Shown here piece after piece: positions 7,027-17,210 of a DNA stretch of 43,799 nt. The stretch lies in IMG/VR virus record IMGVR_UViG_3300048853_000016, positions 1 to 43,799 of that record; one strand, 5' to 3'. Made by a program: the position numbers and the translations under genes. The notes beneath the pieces were generated by a model. The model searched no databases. It was not told the origin of the DNA and saw only the letters and a program-made list of their open reading frames with translations. Source of the DNA: a virus (lineage: Duplodnaviria > Caudoviricetes). Position 1 is the first letter of the stretch. Every line of letters begins with the position of its first letter.

Positions 7027-8721
7027 CTACCCGATGGAGAACCACCTCAGGTCGTTGCTGCCCTGGTCTCCCCCGATACCGAAGACGGTTTGGTGGAAGT
7101 TCTCCAGCTCTCGTCTCAGAAGCTCTGCCTTGTGGTCTTCCGCAGCCTTCTCGGTGTCTCGGGCCATCTGCTCGACCCAATAGCCGACAGCGATGGTCAG
7201 AGCGTCCAGACGGTCGTCGTGGACCAGAGCGCCCTTGTCGCGGGTGATGCGGGTAAGCTGGTAGAAGAGCTGGCGCTGCGGCTCAGATTCGAAGTCCTTC
7301 TTGAAAACCGAGGCGTCCACGATCAGGCGGTGCTGGTTCAGGACAGGTTCGAGCGTGTCGCAGATTCGGCGCTCCTTCTGGGTGGAGTGCTTGACCTCTT
7401 CGATGGTCACCGGATGGACGCGGGTGAAGACCGGCTTCAAGAGCTGCACGAACATGCCGTCGCCAAAGTTCGCCTCGACGATCACGCGGTTCACACCGTG
7501 CGTCTTGCCGAGCATGGCCAGCGATTTGAGGGTGTTCTCGGAGTAGCCCTCCCTGAAGCCACCGGAGGCGACGAGGAAGAGGTTGCCGTGCAGTATCTTG
7601 ACGATGGCATAAGCCGTCTCGTCCCCACCACGGCCCGAAGGGTCGATAGCCATGACACAGCCGGTGTACTCTGCCATTTCCCCTGCGACCCACATCGGGC
7701 GGTACAGCCGGTCGTTCTGAAGGCCCACGGTCGGGAGATCGGAGATCACCCTCTCGGGGTCGTTCGTCCAGACGATCTTGGCCGGTCCCATGCGGGGATC
7801 GAGGGTGGTGACCAGAAGGTCCGAGAGCTTGAGCGGGTATTTGTCTTGGTCGCTCAGCGAGGTATCGAGCATGAACTGCAAGGCGAAACCGGAGCGGCCA
7901 TAGGAGGCTTCGCGCTCGATCAGGTCCATCTCGCCGAAGCGAGCGGGATCGACGGGGTCTCGGGCCTTGGCACCATTGTCCATCAACCGGCCCACGTAAG
8001 GAGCCAGTCGGCCCTGGTAGCGCTCCGCATCGTTCGGGACGCGGGCGGGCCAGATTCGGATTTCGTAGCCGCGCTCGGGCAGTCGGTTATAGAGGCTCAT
8101 CTCGGTCTGGGGCGTGCCCAGGTAGATGATGCGGCTCGACGGCAGCGGCTTGAGGATAGCGTCGAACTCCTTCACGCGCTCGGAGAGCTGATCGCGCTGG
8201 AGTTGCGTCATGGAGTTATTCGGGACTTCCACGTCGTCGGCGATGATCACGTCTGCACGGGAACCGGCGAGCTGGCCGGTGATGCCGACCGATTTGACGG
8301 ATGGAGAGTGCGAGTTCGTGGCAGGACCAACGTCGAATGCGACCATCGAGTCACGCTGCCCTGGGCGGGGACGCAGATGAGCCAGGAGCGGCATCTCAGC
8401 GATCAAGCGCTTGGTAAACGAGGAGAACTGGTCGGCGCGGTCCTTGGACGCGGAGACGACGAGGATGTTGAGCTGCGGGTTGCAGTAGAGAAGCCAGACG
8501 ACGAAGGCCGAGGTGACGTAGGACTTGCCCACGCCTCGGAAGGCCTCGATCACGCAGCGCTTCGGGCCGTGCTGAAGGTACTGCGCAACGTCATACTGGA
8601 CGGGGGTCGGGTCGGGGAGATTCAGATGCTTCCAGACGACATAGAGGAAGTTCCTGAAATCCGCCTTGAGGGGGTCACTCGTTTGGAGATGAGTACCTGA
8701 ACGGAGTTGCTTGGTGGTCAT
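7027..8721 (-). CDS. terL: Terminase large subunit (T7 gp19-like)
   Basis: Walker A AFRGVGKS, IIADDVE, nuclease IDPSGRGGDE and HDDRLDAL. Confidence 0.96.
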   Translation of the reverse strand: MTTKQLRSGTHLQTSDPLKADFRNFLYVVWKHLNLPDPTPVQYDVAQYLQHGPKRCVIEAFRGVGKSYVTSAFVVWLLYCNPQLNILVVSASKDRADQFSSFTKRLIAEMPLLAHLRPRPGQRDSMVAFDVGPATNSHSPSVKSVGITGQLAGSRADVIIADDVEVPNNSMTQLQRDQLSERVKEFDAILKPLPSSRIIYLGTPQTEMSLYNRLPERGYEIRIWPARVPNDAERYQGRLAPYVGRLMDNGAKARDPVDPARFGEMDLIEREASYGRSGFALQFMLDTSLSDQDKYPLKLSDLLVTTLDPRMGPAKIVWTNDPERVISDLPTVGLQNDRLYRPMWVAGEMAEYTGCVMAIDPSGRGGDETAYAIVKILHGNLFLVASGGFREGYSENTLKSLAMLGKTHGVNRVIVEANFGDGMFVQLLKPVFTRVHPVTIEEVKHSTQKERRICDTLEPVLNQHRLIVDASVFKKDFESEPQRQLFYQLTRITRDKGALVHDDRLDALTIAVGYWVEQMARDTEKAAEDHKAELLRRELENFHQTVFGIGGDQGSNDLRWFSIG

Positions 8722-8722
8722 C

Positions 8723-8738
8723 TATCCACATATGCATA
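8723..8738. promoter_or_regulatory. Operator-like 16-mer over the terL RBS (inverted orientation)
   Basis: TATCCACATATGCATA. Confidence 0.6.
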
Positions 8739-8760
8739 GAAACGGCCATAGCGATTCATG

Positions 8761-8816
8761 GAGAGGCGTCAGATCTTCCGGCTAGGGTAGTACCAGCCAG
8801 GTCTCTGACGCCGCTC
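8761..8816. other. Long imperfect hairpin, possible RNase III site
   Basis: GGCGTCAGA...GGCT/AGCC...TCTGACGCC inverted repeat between terS and terL. Confidence 0.4.
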
Positions 8817-8847
8817 CTGAGTCAGTCCACACGCCGTTTTGACGGTT

Positions 8848-9075
8848 TTAATTGTAGAGGTTCGGCTCCTCTGCGGAGGTGAAGGGAAGCTCATCAGCCA
8901 GATTACCCAGCGGAGAGCCTTCCTTGGGGATTGCGTCGATGCCGTTATCCTTGAGGAACTGGCGAGCCACGTTCAGCTCTGCGGCAGTCACCTCACCACT
9001 ACGGACCTTTTCGAGCAGCACCTTCGCCATCTCGCCGTGGAGGAGCGAGAGGAGTTCATCAGTCTTGTTGCTCAT
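8848..9075 (-). CDS. terS: Terminase small subunit (T7 gp18-like)
   Basis: TAAELNVARQFLKDNGI motif; position before terL. Confidence 0.88.
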   Translation of the reverse strand: MSNKTDELLSLLHGEMAKVLLEKVRSGEVTAAELNVARQFLKDNGIDAIPKEGSPLGNLADELPFTSAEEPNLYN

Positions 9076-9326
9076 GGTTTGTAGCTCACATATGCGGTGA
9101 TAGCCGCGACAATGATCGCGAGCACCGCCATGATGTTGGTGAAGACGGACTGGTTGGTCGATTTCGACGACCGCATCGAGGCGATGTCCACCTCGACCTT
9201 CGATGTCCGTTGTTCGAGCGCGTCGATGCGCTGGCTCTGCGCGGAGGAGAGATTGATCAACGTATCAACCTTCCCCTCCAACCGGCCAAGCATCAGAAGC
9301 GTGTCCGATGCGTTGACCTGTTCCAT
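9072..9326 (-). CDS. Coiled-coil protein with C-terminal TM (holin/XhlA-like)
   Basis: LGRLEGKVD coiled coil and hydrophobic tail; at the T7 holin position. Confidence 0.6.
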   Translation of the reverse strand: MEQVNASDTLLMLGRLEGKVDTLINLSSAQSQRIDALEQRTSKVEVDIASMRSSKSTNQSVFTNIMAVLAIIVAAITAYVSYKP

Positions 9327-9718
9327 CAGAGACTAGCGCCCCAAAGCCAGAGATCATCGAGCTGCTCGGGCGGGATGCCGAGAGCAACCGCGAGGGACGC
9401 GATGTCAGGATGATCTCGCTCGAACGAGGTCGATTCCATCATCTCGATCTTCATCAGCTCTTTCTCGATGTCGGAGAGTGCGAGCGTGTCGATGGTGGCC
9501 GAGACGGATGTCTTGGTGATCCCGATGTTCGCTGCTGCCAGCCAGAACTGCCGGGAGGTCAGCGTCGGGAAGAATTTCGGGGGAGCGGTCCAGGCACCAT
9601 TCACCCACCTCTGAGAGGCGTGAAGGGGAGCGGACGGCACTTGAATGCCGCCCTCAGGTTCGGTCCCCATGAAGGTGCCGAGAAACCTGCCCTCCCCGTC
9701 TACGAAGAACTTTTCCAT
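9326..9718 (-). CDS. Tail-fibre-associated (chaperone-like) protein
   Basis: Directly follows the tail fibre; FERDHP...LGIPPEQLDDLW tail. Confidence 0.65.
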   Translation of the reverse strand: MEKFFVDGEGRFLGTFMGTEPEGGIQVPSAPLHASQRWVNGAWTAPPKFFPTLTSRQFWLAAANIGITKTSVSATIDTLALSDIEKELMKIEMMESTSFERDHPDIASLAVALGIPPEQLDDLWLWGASL

Positions 9719-11206
9719 TTACTTTCTCACCTTGATCTTCATGCGCCAGTTCGCCAACGTCGCGTAGAGGGCGTTACCGGTGTCCTGATTGAGGATGGCG
9801 GGGAACAGGTAGTTGCCGCTGTTCCCGTTCTGGACGCGGACGTAGACGTTCGTCGCATCGGCCCAGGCGATGTAACCAACCCACCGATCGGCATAGGTCG
9901 GGTAGTTGCTAAGCGGGCCAATCTCGTCATTCACCGCGTAGCCGTGCTCGGCGACCTTGCAGATCATGTACAGGTCGATCATCGACGGCTTGACGCCGAG
10001 GCCGTGCGCCCAGGTGATCAGACCAGCGAGCGTCGGCGTGAACTCGCCAGAGACGTTGGTCTCGACCTTGTCAGCCGTCATGATCGGGCCGAGGGTCGCA
10101 GCTACCTGCGCGAGCGTGGACGGGCGCATGTAGTTGTCCGTTCCGGTGTTCACCTGCGTCACGATGTAGCCGATGTTGCTATTCGTCGTATCGTATTCCG
10201 AGCGGAACAGGCGGGCGTTGATGTCGCCGTTGCTATCTCGCTGAGCGATGGTGTTGCCGGTAGACGCTGTCGCGGGGGCCGCTCCACGAAGGGTATCGCC
10301 GTCCAGCCCCGAGCCGTTGCCGTCAACAGTTTTGAGCTTCGTGAGCACGTCAGAGGCTGTGTAGGCAGAGGCATCGAGCTTCGCGCTGACGGTGGTCTTC
10401 GTGGCGAACGTCGCGTCGATCTGGGTCTTCGAATAGGTCTCCGTCTTTGTGTAGTAGCTCGACGGGTCGAACAAGGCAGCGTCCTGGGCGGACTGGGCAG
10501 CAGCCGCAGCAGAGGCCGCAGCATCCGCAGCCGAGTTCGCCGCGTTGGTCGCGGAGGTGGCCGCAGCGTTCTTCGACGAGAGTGCCGAGCTTGCAGAGTT
10601 GGCCGCGTTGGTTGCGGACGTAGCTGCTTCCGAGGCCTTCGTGGTTGCCGTGCTGGCTGAGTTCGCCGCATTCGTTGCCGAGGTCGCCGCTGCGTTCTTC
10701 GACGACAGAGCGTTGGACGCGGATGCCGAGGCCTCGTTCGCCTTCTGCGTGGCGATGTTCAGCTGCGAGGTCATACCGGTCTCGGCCCACCGCTTGTTCA
10801 CCGCATCCATGTCATTGACGGGATCAAGGATGTTCGAGATGCGCCGATTCAGCGCCGAGAAAGAGCCATCATCGGTTACGCCGAGCGAGGCTTCACCCAG
10901 ATCGAACGCTTCCTGGGCGAGGTAGAAGACCTGAATGGCCGACAGATCGAGATCGCTCTCAACCAGCGTGGAGCCATCAAGGAAGTCCACCAGAAGTTTA
11001 TCGCGAGGGGTCACACGCCGAACATCGACGATGCTGCCAGAGGGAGGCGCAGTCGTGAGCTTGACCTGGGTCGCGGAGTTCCAAGTGAACGCGACGAGGT
11101 TACCGTTCACCTTCACCTGAACGTGGTCTTTGTGGAGATATGGGAACGTCACGTTGAAGACGGTCGTGGTCCCGTTTCCAGGGTACTGTGCATACGCCAG
11201 AGCCAT
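9719..11206 (-). CDS. Tail fibre protein (T7 gp17-like N-terminal adaptor)
   Basis: GNGTTTVFNVTFPYL...RRVTP...LVDFLDGSTL adaptor and Ala/Ser/Thr/Asn stalk. Confidence 0.92.
   Translation of the reverse strand: MALAYAQYPGNGTTTVFNVTFPYLHKDHVQVKVNGNLVAFTWNSATQVKLTTAPPSGSIVDVRRVTPRDKLLVDFLDGSTLVESDLDLSAIQVFYLAQEAFDLGEASLGVTDDGSFSALNRRISNILDPVNDMDAVNKRWAETGMTSQLNIATQKANEASASASNALSSKNAAATSATNAANSASTATTKASEAATSATNAANSASSALSSKNAAATSATNAANSAADAAASAAAAAQSAQDAALFDPSSYYTKTETYSKTQIDATFATKTTVSAKLDASAYTASDVLTKLKTVDGNGSGLDGDTLRGAAPATASTGNTIAQRDSNGDINARLFRSEYDTTNSNIGYIVTQVNTGTDNYMRPSTLAQVAATLGPIMTADKVETNVSGEFTPTLAGLITWAHGLGVKPSMIDLYMICKVAEHGYAVNDEIGPLSNYPTYADRWVGYIAWADATNVYVRVQNGNSGNYLFPAILNQDTGNALYATLANWRMKIKVRK
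10496..10745 (-). repeat. Coding repeats in tail fibre stalk
   Basis: ALSSKNAAATSATNAANSA twice, AATSATNAANSA three times; bounds approximate. Confidence 0.8.
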
Positions 11207-11224
11207 GAAGTCTCTCTTTCATGT

Positions 11225-11263
11225 AAAAAAGAGACCCCCGGAAAGTACATTTCCGAGGGCCTC
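11225..11263 (-). terminator. Intrinsic terminator before the tail fibre gene
   Basis: GAGGCCCTCGGAAA...TTTCCGGGGGTCTC followed by T6. Confidence 0.8.
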
Positions 11264-11266
11264 GAG

Positions 11267-11282
11267 TATTCACAGGTGGATA
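11267..11282. promoter_or_regulatory. Operator-like 16-mer
   Basis: TATTCACAGGTGGATA between the gp16 stop and the terminator. Confidence 0.6.
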
Positions 11283-11285
11283 GGA

Positions 11286-14200
11286 TTAGTCACGCATCTC
11301 CCTTCTCGGGAGGCCTTGCGTGGCCCAGTTGAAGAACCACTGGAGGGGTAGCAGCCGCTGGAACGGTATGATGTCCATTGCGGCCTTCGCGTCGGGCCGG
11401 GAGTAGTCGTCACCAAATGCGCCCGTAATCGCGCCCGAGGTGGCCTTCGCGGCTTTGTCGAGCAGATCGAACGTTGGGTTGGCGAAGAGCACACCCGTCA
11501 GGCCGCTGGAGCGGTAATCGAGCGCGGTCTCGCCAGTCGTTAAGTAGGCCCCGGTGTCGAGCAACATCGGCAGCAGGGAGCTTTCCGACGAGCGCATGAT
11601 GCCCGCGATGCCGAGATTCTTCCACGATAGCCGCTCCTTGATCTTACGATCCCGGTCGGGGTCACCGACGAGCTGCATGTGCGTCTGGCCCCAGTAGACC
11701 AGAGCGCCTGTGATCGAGGCCAGCGTGACCTGAATACCCGCAGCCCAGTCCCGCTGGTTGATTCCCTGCAGGAGGCCGCGCGTCCAGGCACCGACCGCGA
11801 ACGAGCGGAACTGCAACAGCACCTTGCCGACAGGGCTGTTCATCCACTTGGCGAACTGGCCGACATCGTTCTCAAGGATCATATTGCGCACTGAACGGTT
11901 GAATGCGTCGGTGTAGGCCTTGCGGGCATCGGTCGGCCAATCGGCCACATTGAGCTTCGTCACCCGCTTGCCGTCAAAGACCGCGTGGTCGTTGTAGGCC
12001 TTCTTGATCAGGGCGATCTTCTCGTCGGTCAGGCCGAGCAGCTTCATCCGGTTCGGCGTCAGACGACCGGCCTTGGTACCCTTAGCGATCTGCCCGAACT
12101 TCTGAGCGAAGGCGCGAGCAGCCCACCGCTGGAGAGCGGTATTGATCGGGGCCATGCCCGACCCCAAAGCCACCGCTCGGTTGGCCGCATGGAGCCTCGG
12201 CTCGAGCCAGTCCATCGCCTTGCCGAGAGGCGTGGCGCTTCCGCTGGCGAGTGCCTGGGGAATACCGAAGGCGTCGGTCGGGATGTACGCGGCACCGATG
12301 TGGAAGTCACTTCCCGGCGCAACGAGATCGTCGATGTCATCCTGCAGCTCATCAACGAACTTCCCGCTCCGTGCCATGTTGATCAGGCGACGGAACTCAG
12401 GAAGTGCCATGTATGCGGTCTTGAAGCCCATCTGCGAGGGGATGCGAACCGCCTCCGGTATCTGTGAGAAGCCAACCTGCCCCATCAGGCGGGTGAAGTT
12501 GAAGTCGCGCAGGAGACGCATGAAACGCCCGAGATTGTTGTTCTCGTCCCAACGCGGGATGCCCATGATGGCGTCGTAGGCGAACCTGAGGTTCTTCTCG
12601 TCAGCGGCCGTATCGAGCCGTTTGTTGCCCCGCTTGCCCTCCTCCGAGGCCACGCCCTTCATCTTCTCGATCAGCACGTCCATGTCGGCGGAAGAGCGGA
12701 TGCCGTCCACCAGCAATTTGTCGGGATTGGTCGGGTCAGGAATCTTCACGCCCGCGAGCGCGATCTGACCGGACATGTTCCGGTTATAGAGGTGCATCAG
12801 CAGGTTGGCGTTGTTGACGTAGAAATCGGCGATCTTCACCTCGCGCACGGTCGTGCCCCACTCGTCGGAGAGGGTCATGGAGAAGTTCTCGTCCATGAGG
12901 ACGCGGTGCTTCAGCCTGGAGCTGCCACCCGCTTCCTTGTCGGACTGGGACTTGGTGCCCTTCAGGTTCTCGATGATTTCGTCAACCTCGGCCTCCGACA
13001 TCATGCTGCCACCGTCGAAGCGGGCATCGAGCAGCAGCTTGCGGAAATCGTCGAGGTCTTCGCCAGCCAGCGCACGGGACGCGCCAAGCTCCTGGCCGTG
13101 GCCAAGCTTGTACATCCGGTCGGCGATGGCATGGCCCATCTTCTCGGCGAGCTCGGGCTTGATGTTGGGCTGGTTCTTCTTGATCGCTTCGATGAACAGC
13201 CGGGAGACGCCGACATATTCGCCAGCGGAGTTCTTGCCGTAGCCAAAAGTGTTGATAAGGTCGATTGCGGCCTCGCGGTTGGTGATGCGCGGGACATAGT
13301 TCTCGACGCCCATCTCGGTGCGAGTGATGCCCAGGTCGCTTGCCTGTTTCCACCAGTCGCTCATCAAGGTGTTGAACTGAGCGCCCGCAGCCTGGACCTC
13401 CTTCGGGAACGCTTGCTTCGCCGCCAGGGTGTCAGCCCGCTGCCACGCGGTGATCATATCGGAAAACTTGTTCTGTTCCTCGACCGCGTTCCAGACGCTG
13501 ATCTTGTTGGCCTTACGGTAGGCCTGCCACTGCGCGTTGAAGGTCTTCGCCCAGGCATAGTTGGCTGACCGCTGGAGACGACGCTGGATTTCGGAGGCAG
13601 CGATCACGCTCGCTCGGTCCTTCAGGGCGTTACCGGCTGCGTCCTCGACGAGGTACTTTCCGATGCCACGGGTGAACGGGTTGGCGGACTTACCGAACTG
13701 TGCGGCGAGATCGAAGCGAACCTTGCCCCAGAACGTCTCGTACTCCTTGTCGAGTTCCTTCCAGGCCGCATGCTGGGCGGCTGCGTCCGACCGATACATC
13801 GGCTCGACGTAGTTGGTCTGGGCGGCGCCGACTGACTTAACACCGTAGATGGCCTTGGCTTCCTGCGTCATGGCGTGACCGACGTTCTCGATCACCTCGT
13901 TCTCCTCGGCGAGCGCCCGCGTCGGGTTGCGGTAGCCGTTGAAGATGCCACCCATGACGATGCCGGTCCCGATGGAATACATCAGGTCAGCCTTGGTCTT
14001 GGTCGGGTCAACGGCGTGAAGGGCACTGTCCACGGCCACGTTACCGGCTGCACCCTCCAGCGCACCGAGGGCGATCTTACCGACTCGCCCGAACCGAGCC
14101 GCCAGAGCTGCCGGGGCACCGAGGCCTCCGGTCGCCGCAGAGATGGCTGCGGTCGCCGCCCAGGCACCGGGGTCGGTCATGGCAGCAGCGATCTGCAGGG

Positions 14201-15143
14201 CAACGCCGGTACCTCCCATCTTGGTGAGCTTATCGTTCACCTCAAGCTGCCGCAGGATGCGGGCACGGATGGCATCGGCGTGTTCAGCGGAGACGGCATC
14301 CTCGAACTCCGAAAGAAGCTCGGTCGGGATGCCCTCCCCGACACGCTTGATCTCTGCTTCGTCCATGAAATAGGTCGTGTCGGGCGTGAAGTTGCCCAGC
14401 GCGCGCATCGGGGCGAGGATCGACCACTCGTTCTGGAGCGCGAGCTTGGCCCCTTCGATGATGCCGGGAGCATCCTCCTCGGCCTCCTCTTCAGCCTTCG
14501 TCTGCTCGATGCGCTCCGTCACGCTGTCGATGCTGCGATTAGTGTCCACCTCACTGAGCGTCACCGCTGTCTTGGTCGGGTCGATTCCGTCGTGGGCACG
14601 AAAGGAACTCGCCATATCGACCGAGCCAGTCACCTCACCCCCCGAATAGAGCTTCGGGGTGACCGAGGTATCGCCGAGTTTCTGCGCCCAGAGCTGCGCG
14701 AAGTCGCCAGCCGTGATGGTCATCGCCTCGCCTTTCCGGTCTGCCGGGAGATTGAGGGCGATAGCCTCGCTGCCGACGATCTGGTGCGCCGGGGTGTTGG
14801 GGTTCTTCAGGAACCTCAGAGCACCGCCCGCGCCCTGCTGGTGCGCCATGTAGATCTCACCGGCGGTCGGCTCACGACCAAGTCCACGGCGAAGGATGGT
14901 GCGGTTATCGCGGATGAGACGAACGCCAGCGTCAGCAGCGGCCTCGACATCGAACGGCGAGCGTCCGTTGCCGTACTGGCCCCAGGTCGAGGACAGGAAC
15001 TGGAACAGGCCCGAAGCGCTGGAATTGGGGTTTTTGGCGTTTGGATCGAGCTTGCTCTCCAGGTAGGCAATTCGGATGGCCGTATCGGGGTCTTCGCCGT
15101 AACGTCTCGCGGCGTTGGTGATGATAGCCTGGATGTCGGCCAT
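11286..15143 (-). CDS. Internal virion protein (gp16-like) with N-terminal lytic transglycosylase
   Basis: IAYLES...SASGLFQF..STW SLT motifs; 1285 aa; synteny. Confidence 0.9.
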   Translation of the reverse strand: MADIQAIITNAARRYGEDPDTAIRIAYLESKLDPNAKNPNSSASGLFQFLSSTWGQYGNGRSPFDVEAAADAGVRLIRDNRTILRRGLGREPTAGEIYMAHQQGAGGALRFLKNPNTPAHQIVGSEAIALNLPADRKGEAMTITAGDFAQLWAQKLGDTSVTPKLYSGGEVTGSVDMASSFRAHDGIDPTKTAVTLSEVDTNRSIDSVTERIEQTKAEEEAEEDAPGIIEGAKLALQNEWSILAPMRALGNFTPDTTYFMDEAEIKRVGEGIPTELLSEFEDAVSAEHADAIRARILRQLEVNDKLTKMGGTGVALQIAAAMTDPGAWAATAAISAATGGLGAPAALAARFGRVGKIALGALEGAAGNVAVDSALHAVDPTKTKADLMYSIGTGIVMGGIFNGYRNPTRALAEENEVIENVGHAMTQEAKAIYGVKSVGAAQTNYVEPMYRSDAAAQHAAWKELDKEYETFWGKVRFDLAAQFGKSANPFTRGIGKYLVEDAAGNALKDRASVIAASEIQRRLQRSANYAWAKTFNAQWQAYRKANKISVWNAVEEQNKFSDMITAWQRADTLAAKQAFPKEVQAAGAQFNTLMSDWWKQASDLGITRTEMGVENYVPRITNREAAIDLINTFGYGKNSAGEYVGVSRLFIEAIKKNQPNIKPELAEKMGHAIADRMYKLGHGQELGASRALAGEDLDDFRKLLLDARFDGGSMMSEAEVDEIIENLKGTKSQSDKEAGGSSRLKHRVLMDENFSMTLSDEWGTTVREVKIADFYVNNANLLMHLYNRNMSGQIALAGVKIPDPTNPDKLLVDGIRSSADMDVLIEKMKGVASEEGKRGNKRLDTAADEKNLRFAYDAIMGIPRWDENNNLGRFMRLLRDFNFTRLMGQVGFSQIPEAVRIPSQMGFKTAYMALPEFRRLINMARSGKFVDELQDDIDDLVAPGSDFHIGAAYIPTDAFGIPQALASGSATPLGKAMDWLEPRLHAANRAVALGSGMAPINTALQRWAARAFAQKFGQIAKGTKAGRLTPNRMKLLGLTDEKIALIKKAYNDHAVFDGKRVTKLNVADWPTDARKAYTDAFNRSVRNMILENDVGQFAKWMNSPVGKVLLQFRSFAVGAWTRGLLQGINQRDWAAGIQVTLASITGALVYWGQTHMQLVGDPDRDRKIKERLSWKNLGIAGIMRSSESSLLPMLLDTGAYLTTGETALDYRSSGLTGVLFANPTFDLLDKAAKATSGAITGAFGDDYSRPDAKAAMDIIPFQRLLPLQWFFNWATQGLPRREMRD

Positions 15144-15152
15144 TCACGTCTC

Positions 15153-17207
15153 CTATCGATTGTTCTGGTGGTTCTTGGTCACCTCCTGCTCAGCGGCCTC
15201 GCGTTCGCGGCGCTTCATATCCGCAAGACTAAGGTAGGTGATCTCTTGTCCAGGGAAGGTCCGGGCCGGGAGGTACTCGTTGGAGCTGCGGTTGTAGATG
15301 TACCAAACGCCCTGCGTGCTCCCGATCTGCTTGATGGTCAGATCGCTCTCCTCGATGCCAGCAGCTTCCAGCGCCGCCTTGTTGCGCTCGGCAAAGTCAT
15401 GGATGTACTGCTGCACAGCCTCTTGGAAGAACTCGGGCATACGCGGGTCGCGCTTAATGGCTTCGCCGTTAATGATGATGTGGTTCTTCAGGAACCGCGT
15501 CTGAGCCGCTTCAAGGGCCTTGTCCTCGCTGAGACCTTGGCCATCGCCCATGTAAATCTGGGCATAGCGGGCGATTTCTTCCTTGACGTACTGCTCGTTG
15601 ACAGGAGCGGCGTTGCCCCAGGTCGCGGGGTTCCACCAGCGCCAGCCGGTGTCGATACCGGAAATGGCATCGGCGACGGTATTCTGGAGCTTCTCCCGCT
15701 CAATCCTGCGGTTGCTCTGGCGCTCCTGGGAGCCGGGAGCGAGGTAGGCCGCAGCGTTCCGCATGGCAGCTTCCTTCGGCAGACCCATGTCCTGCTGAGC
15801 CACGCGGACCATCTCGTAGAAATCCGCGGCCTTCGCCTCGGTGTGCTTCGCGAGGTAGGCAGCGTTCTTACCGTGCAGCTTCAGATACATCTCGTAGCCC
15901 TCATCGAGCGCCGGGGGCAGTTCGCCCGTGGCCGCGAGGTTGGCAATCGAAGACGCCTGGAAACCGGCGTTGATGATCTGGAACCACGTGTTGTGCTTGG
16001 TGCCGTTCGAACCGAAGACAGCCAGTTCACGGTCGAACTGCTGCTCCTTTGTCTCGCCACGCTCAGCAGCGATCTGGTCGGACTTGGAGAGGTAGGTCTC
16101 TGCGGCCATCTTCTCCTGCTCCTCGGGGCTGATCTCCTTCGTGCCACCGGAGGCGGTCGGAACGATGATAGGGCTGGTCTCGCTGACGCGTCCCTTCAGG
16201 AACTTGTCGAGCATGTCCGAGCGGACCTGTTCCTCGGCAGTCGCGGCCTCTTCGGCCAGCATCTGCTTCCGCTGCTCAGTATCGATGCGGTCCATGATCT
16301 GGGATGCCTGGATGCCGAACTGAGCGTCCGTCATCAAGCTGCCCTTATACGGGCCACCCTTGCGTTCAAAGAGGAGAGCTTCACGAGCCAGATCGTACTC
16401 GCCAGCGGTGGCGAACTGATTGGCCATCTGAAGGACCATGCGCTGCTGGGTCTTGAAGTCCAGCCGGTTGTACTCTTGATTCTTCTGAAACTCACCGAAG
16501 ATGCCCGAGAATATTTCGTTCGGGGATTTGCCCTCGGCCTTTTCGAAACGGGCTTTGCTCATCCACTTCTCGAAGATGGTGCCCTCCGTGGCTTCCAGCT
16601 CAGCCGCCGCATGAAGCTCACCGGCCTTACCCTTCAGCTTGTCGACATAGGGAGCGATCTTCGTCGCGAACACGTTGCGGAAGAGCGGGTCGTTGCCGTA
16701 CCGCTCAAGCAGCGGCTGGGCGCGCTCGGCCACCCACTGATCGATGTTACCGGTGACAGGGTCGAAGCTGGTCGAGAACTCTTGATCCCACCTGTTCATC
16801 GTATCGTAGGCGATGCGCTCGGCTGCGGCCTCACGACCCGCCAAGCTCTTCAGACCTGGTACCCTGCCCTCGCGGATGGCCCTCTGACGCTCTTCAGGGC
16901 TGAGCGGGAGGAGAAAGGCATTCACCGCGTTAATGTCGACATCACCCCCCTTCGCTTCCTGGGCCTGGATTTCGAAGAACTGGTTGATCGAGGGTTGGAT
17001 GCCCGCGAGCGCCTTAGCCAGACTTTCCCAGCCGTTGGAGCCGACCGGGGCCTGTTCGGGGCGAACGTAGCTGTCAACCGGCGAAGCGACAGCCTGAAGC
17101 TGCTTCGGGCGGCTGACCCGTGTCTGGGTCTGAACACGTCCACTGTTCCGGCGCGTGGGATCATCGGGATGTTCGTCAAGCGGTCTCATGCCGGGGAGAC
17201 GTGCCAT
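15153..17207 (-). CDS. Internal virion protein (gp15-like)
   Basis: 684 aa helical protein between gp14-like and gp16-like genes. Confidence 0.8.
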   Translation of the reverse strand: MARLPGMRPLDEHPDDPTRRNSGRVQTQTRVSRPKQLQAVASPVDSYVRPEQAPVGSNGWESLAKALAGIQPSINQFFEIQAQEAKGGDVDINAVNAFLLPLSPEERQRAIREGRVPGLKSLAGREAAAERIAYDTMNRWDQEFSTSFDPVTGNIDQWVAERAQPLLERYGNDPLFRNVFATKIAPYVDKLKGKAGELHAAAELEATEGTIFEKWMSKARFEKAEGKSPNEIFSGIFGEFQKNQEYNRLDFKTQQRMVLQMANQFATAGEYDLAREALLFERKGGPYKGSLMTDAQFGIQASQIMDRIDTEQRKQMLAEEAATAEEQVRSDMLDKFLKGRVSETSPIIVPTASGGTKEISPEEQEKMAAETYLSKSDQIAAERGETKEQQFDRELAVFGSNGTKHNTWFQIINAGFQASSIANLAATGELPPALDEGYEMYLKLHGKNAAYLAKHTEAKAADFYEMVRVAQQDMGLPKEAAMRNAAAYLAPGSQERQSNRRIEREKLQNTVADAISGIDTGWRWWNPATWGNAAPVNEQYVKEEIARYAQIYMGDGQGLSEDKALEAAQTRFLKNHIIINGEAIKRDPRMPEFFQEAVQQYIHDFAERNKAALEAAGIEESDLTIKQIGSTQGVWYIYNRSSNEYLPARTFPGQEITYLSLADMKRREREAAEQEVTKNHQNNR

Positions 17208-17210
17208 AGA

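Noticed and set aside
7018-8700. 560-aa plus-strand ORF, and similar ones at 87-1295, 9410-10660, 20846-22465, 29511-30737 and 41360-42940
   Set aside because: Each mirrors a well-supported minus-strand gene
9719-10500. Diversity-generating retroelement or invertible tail-fibre cassette
   Set aside because: No reverse transcriptase, invertase or template repeat in the window
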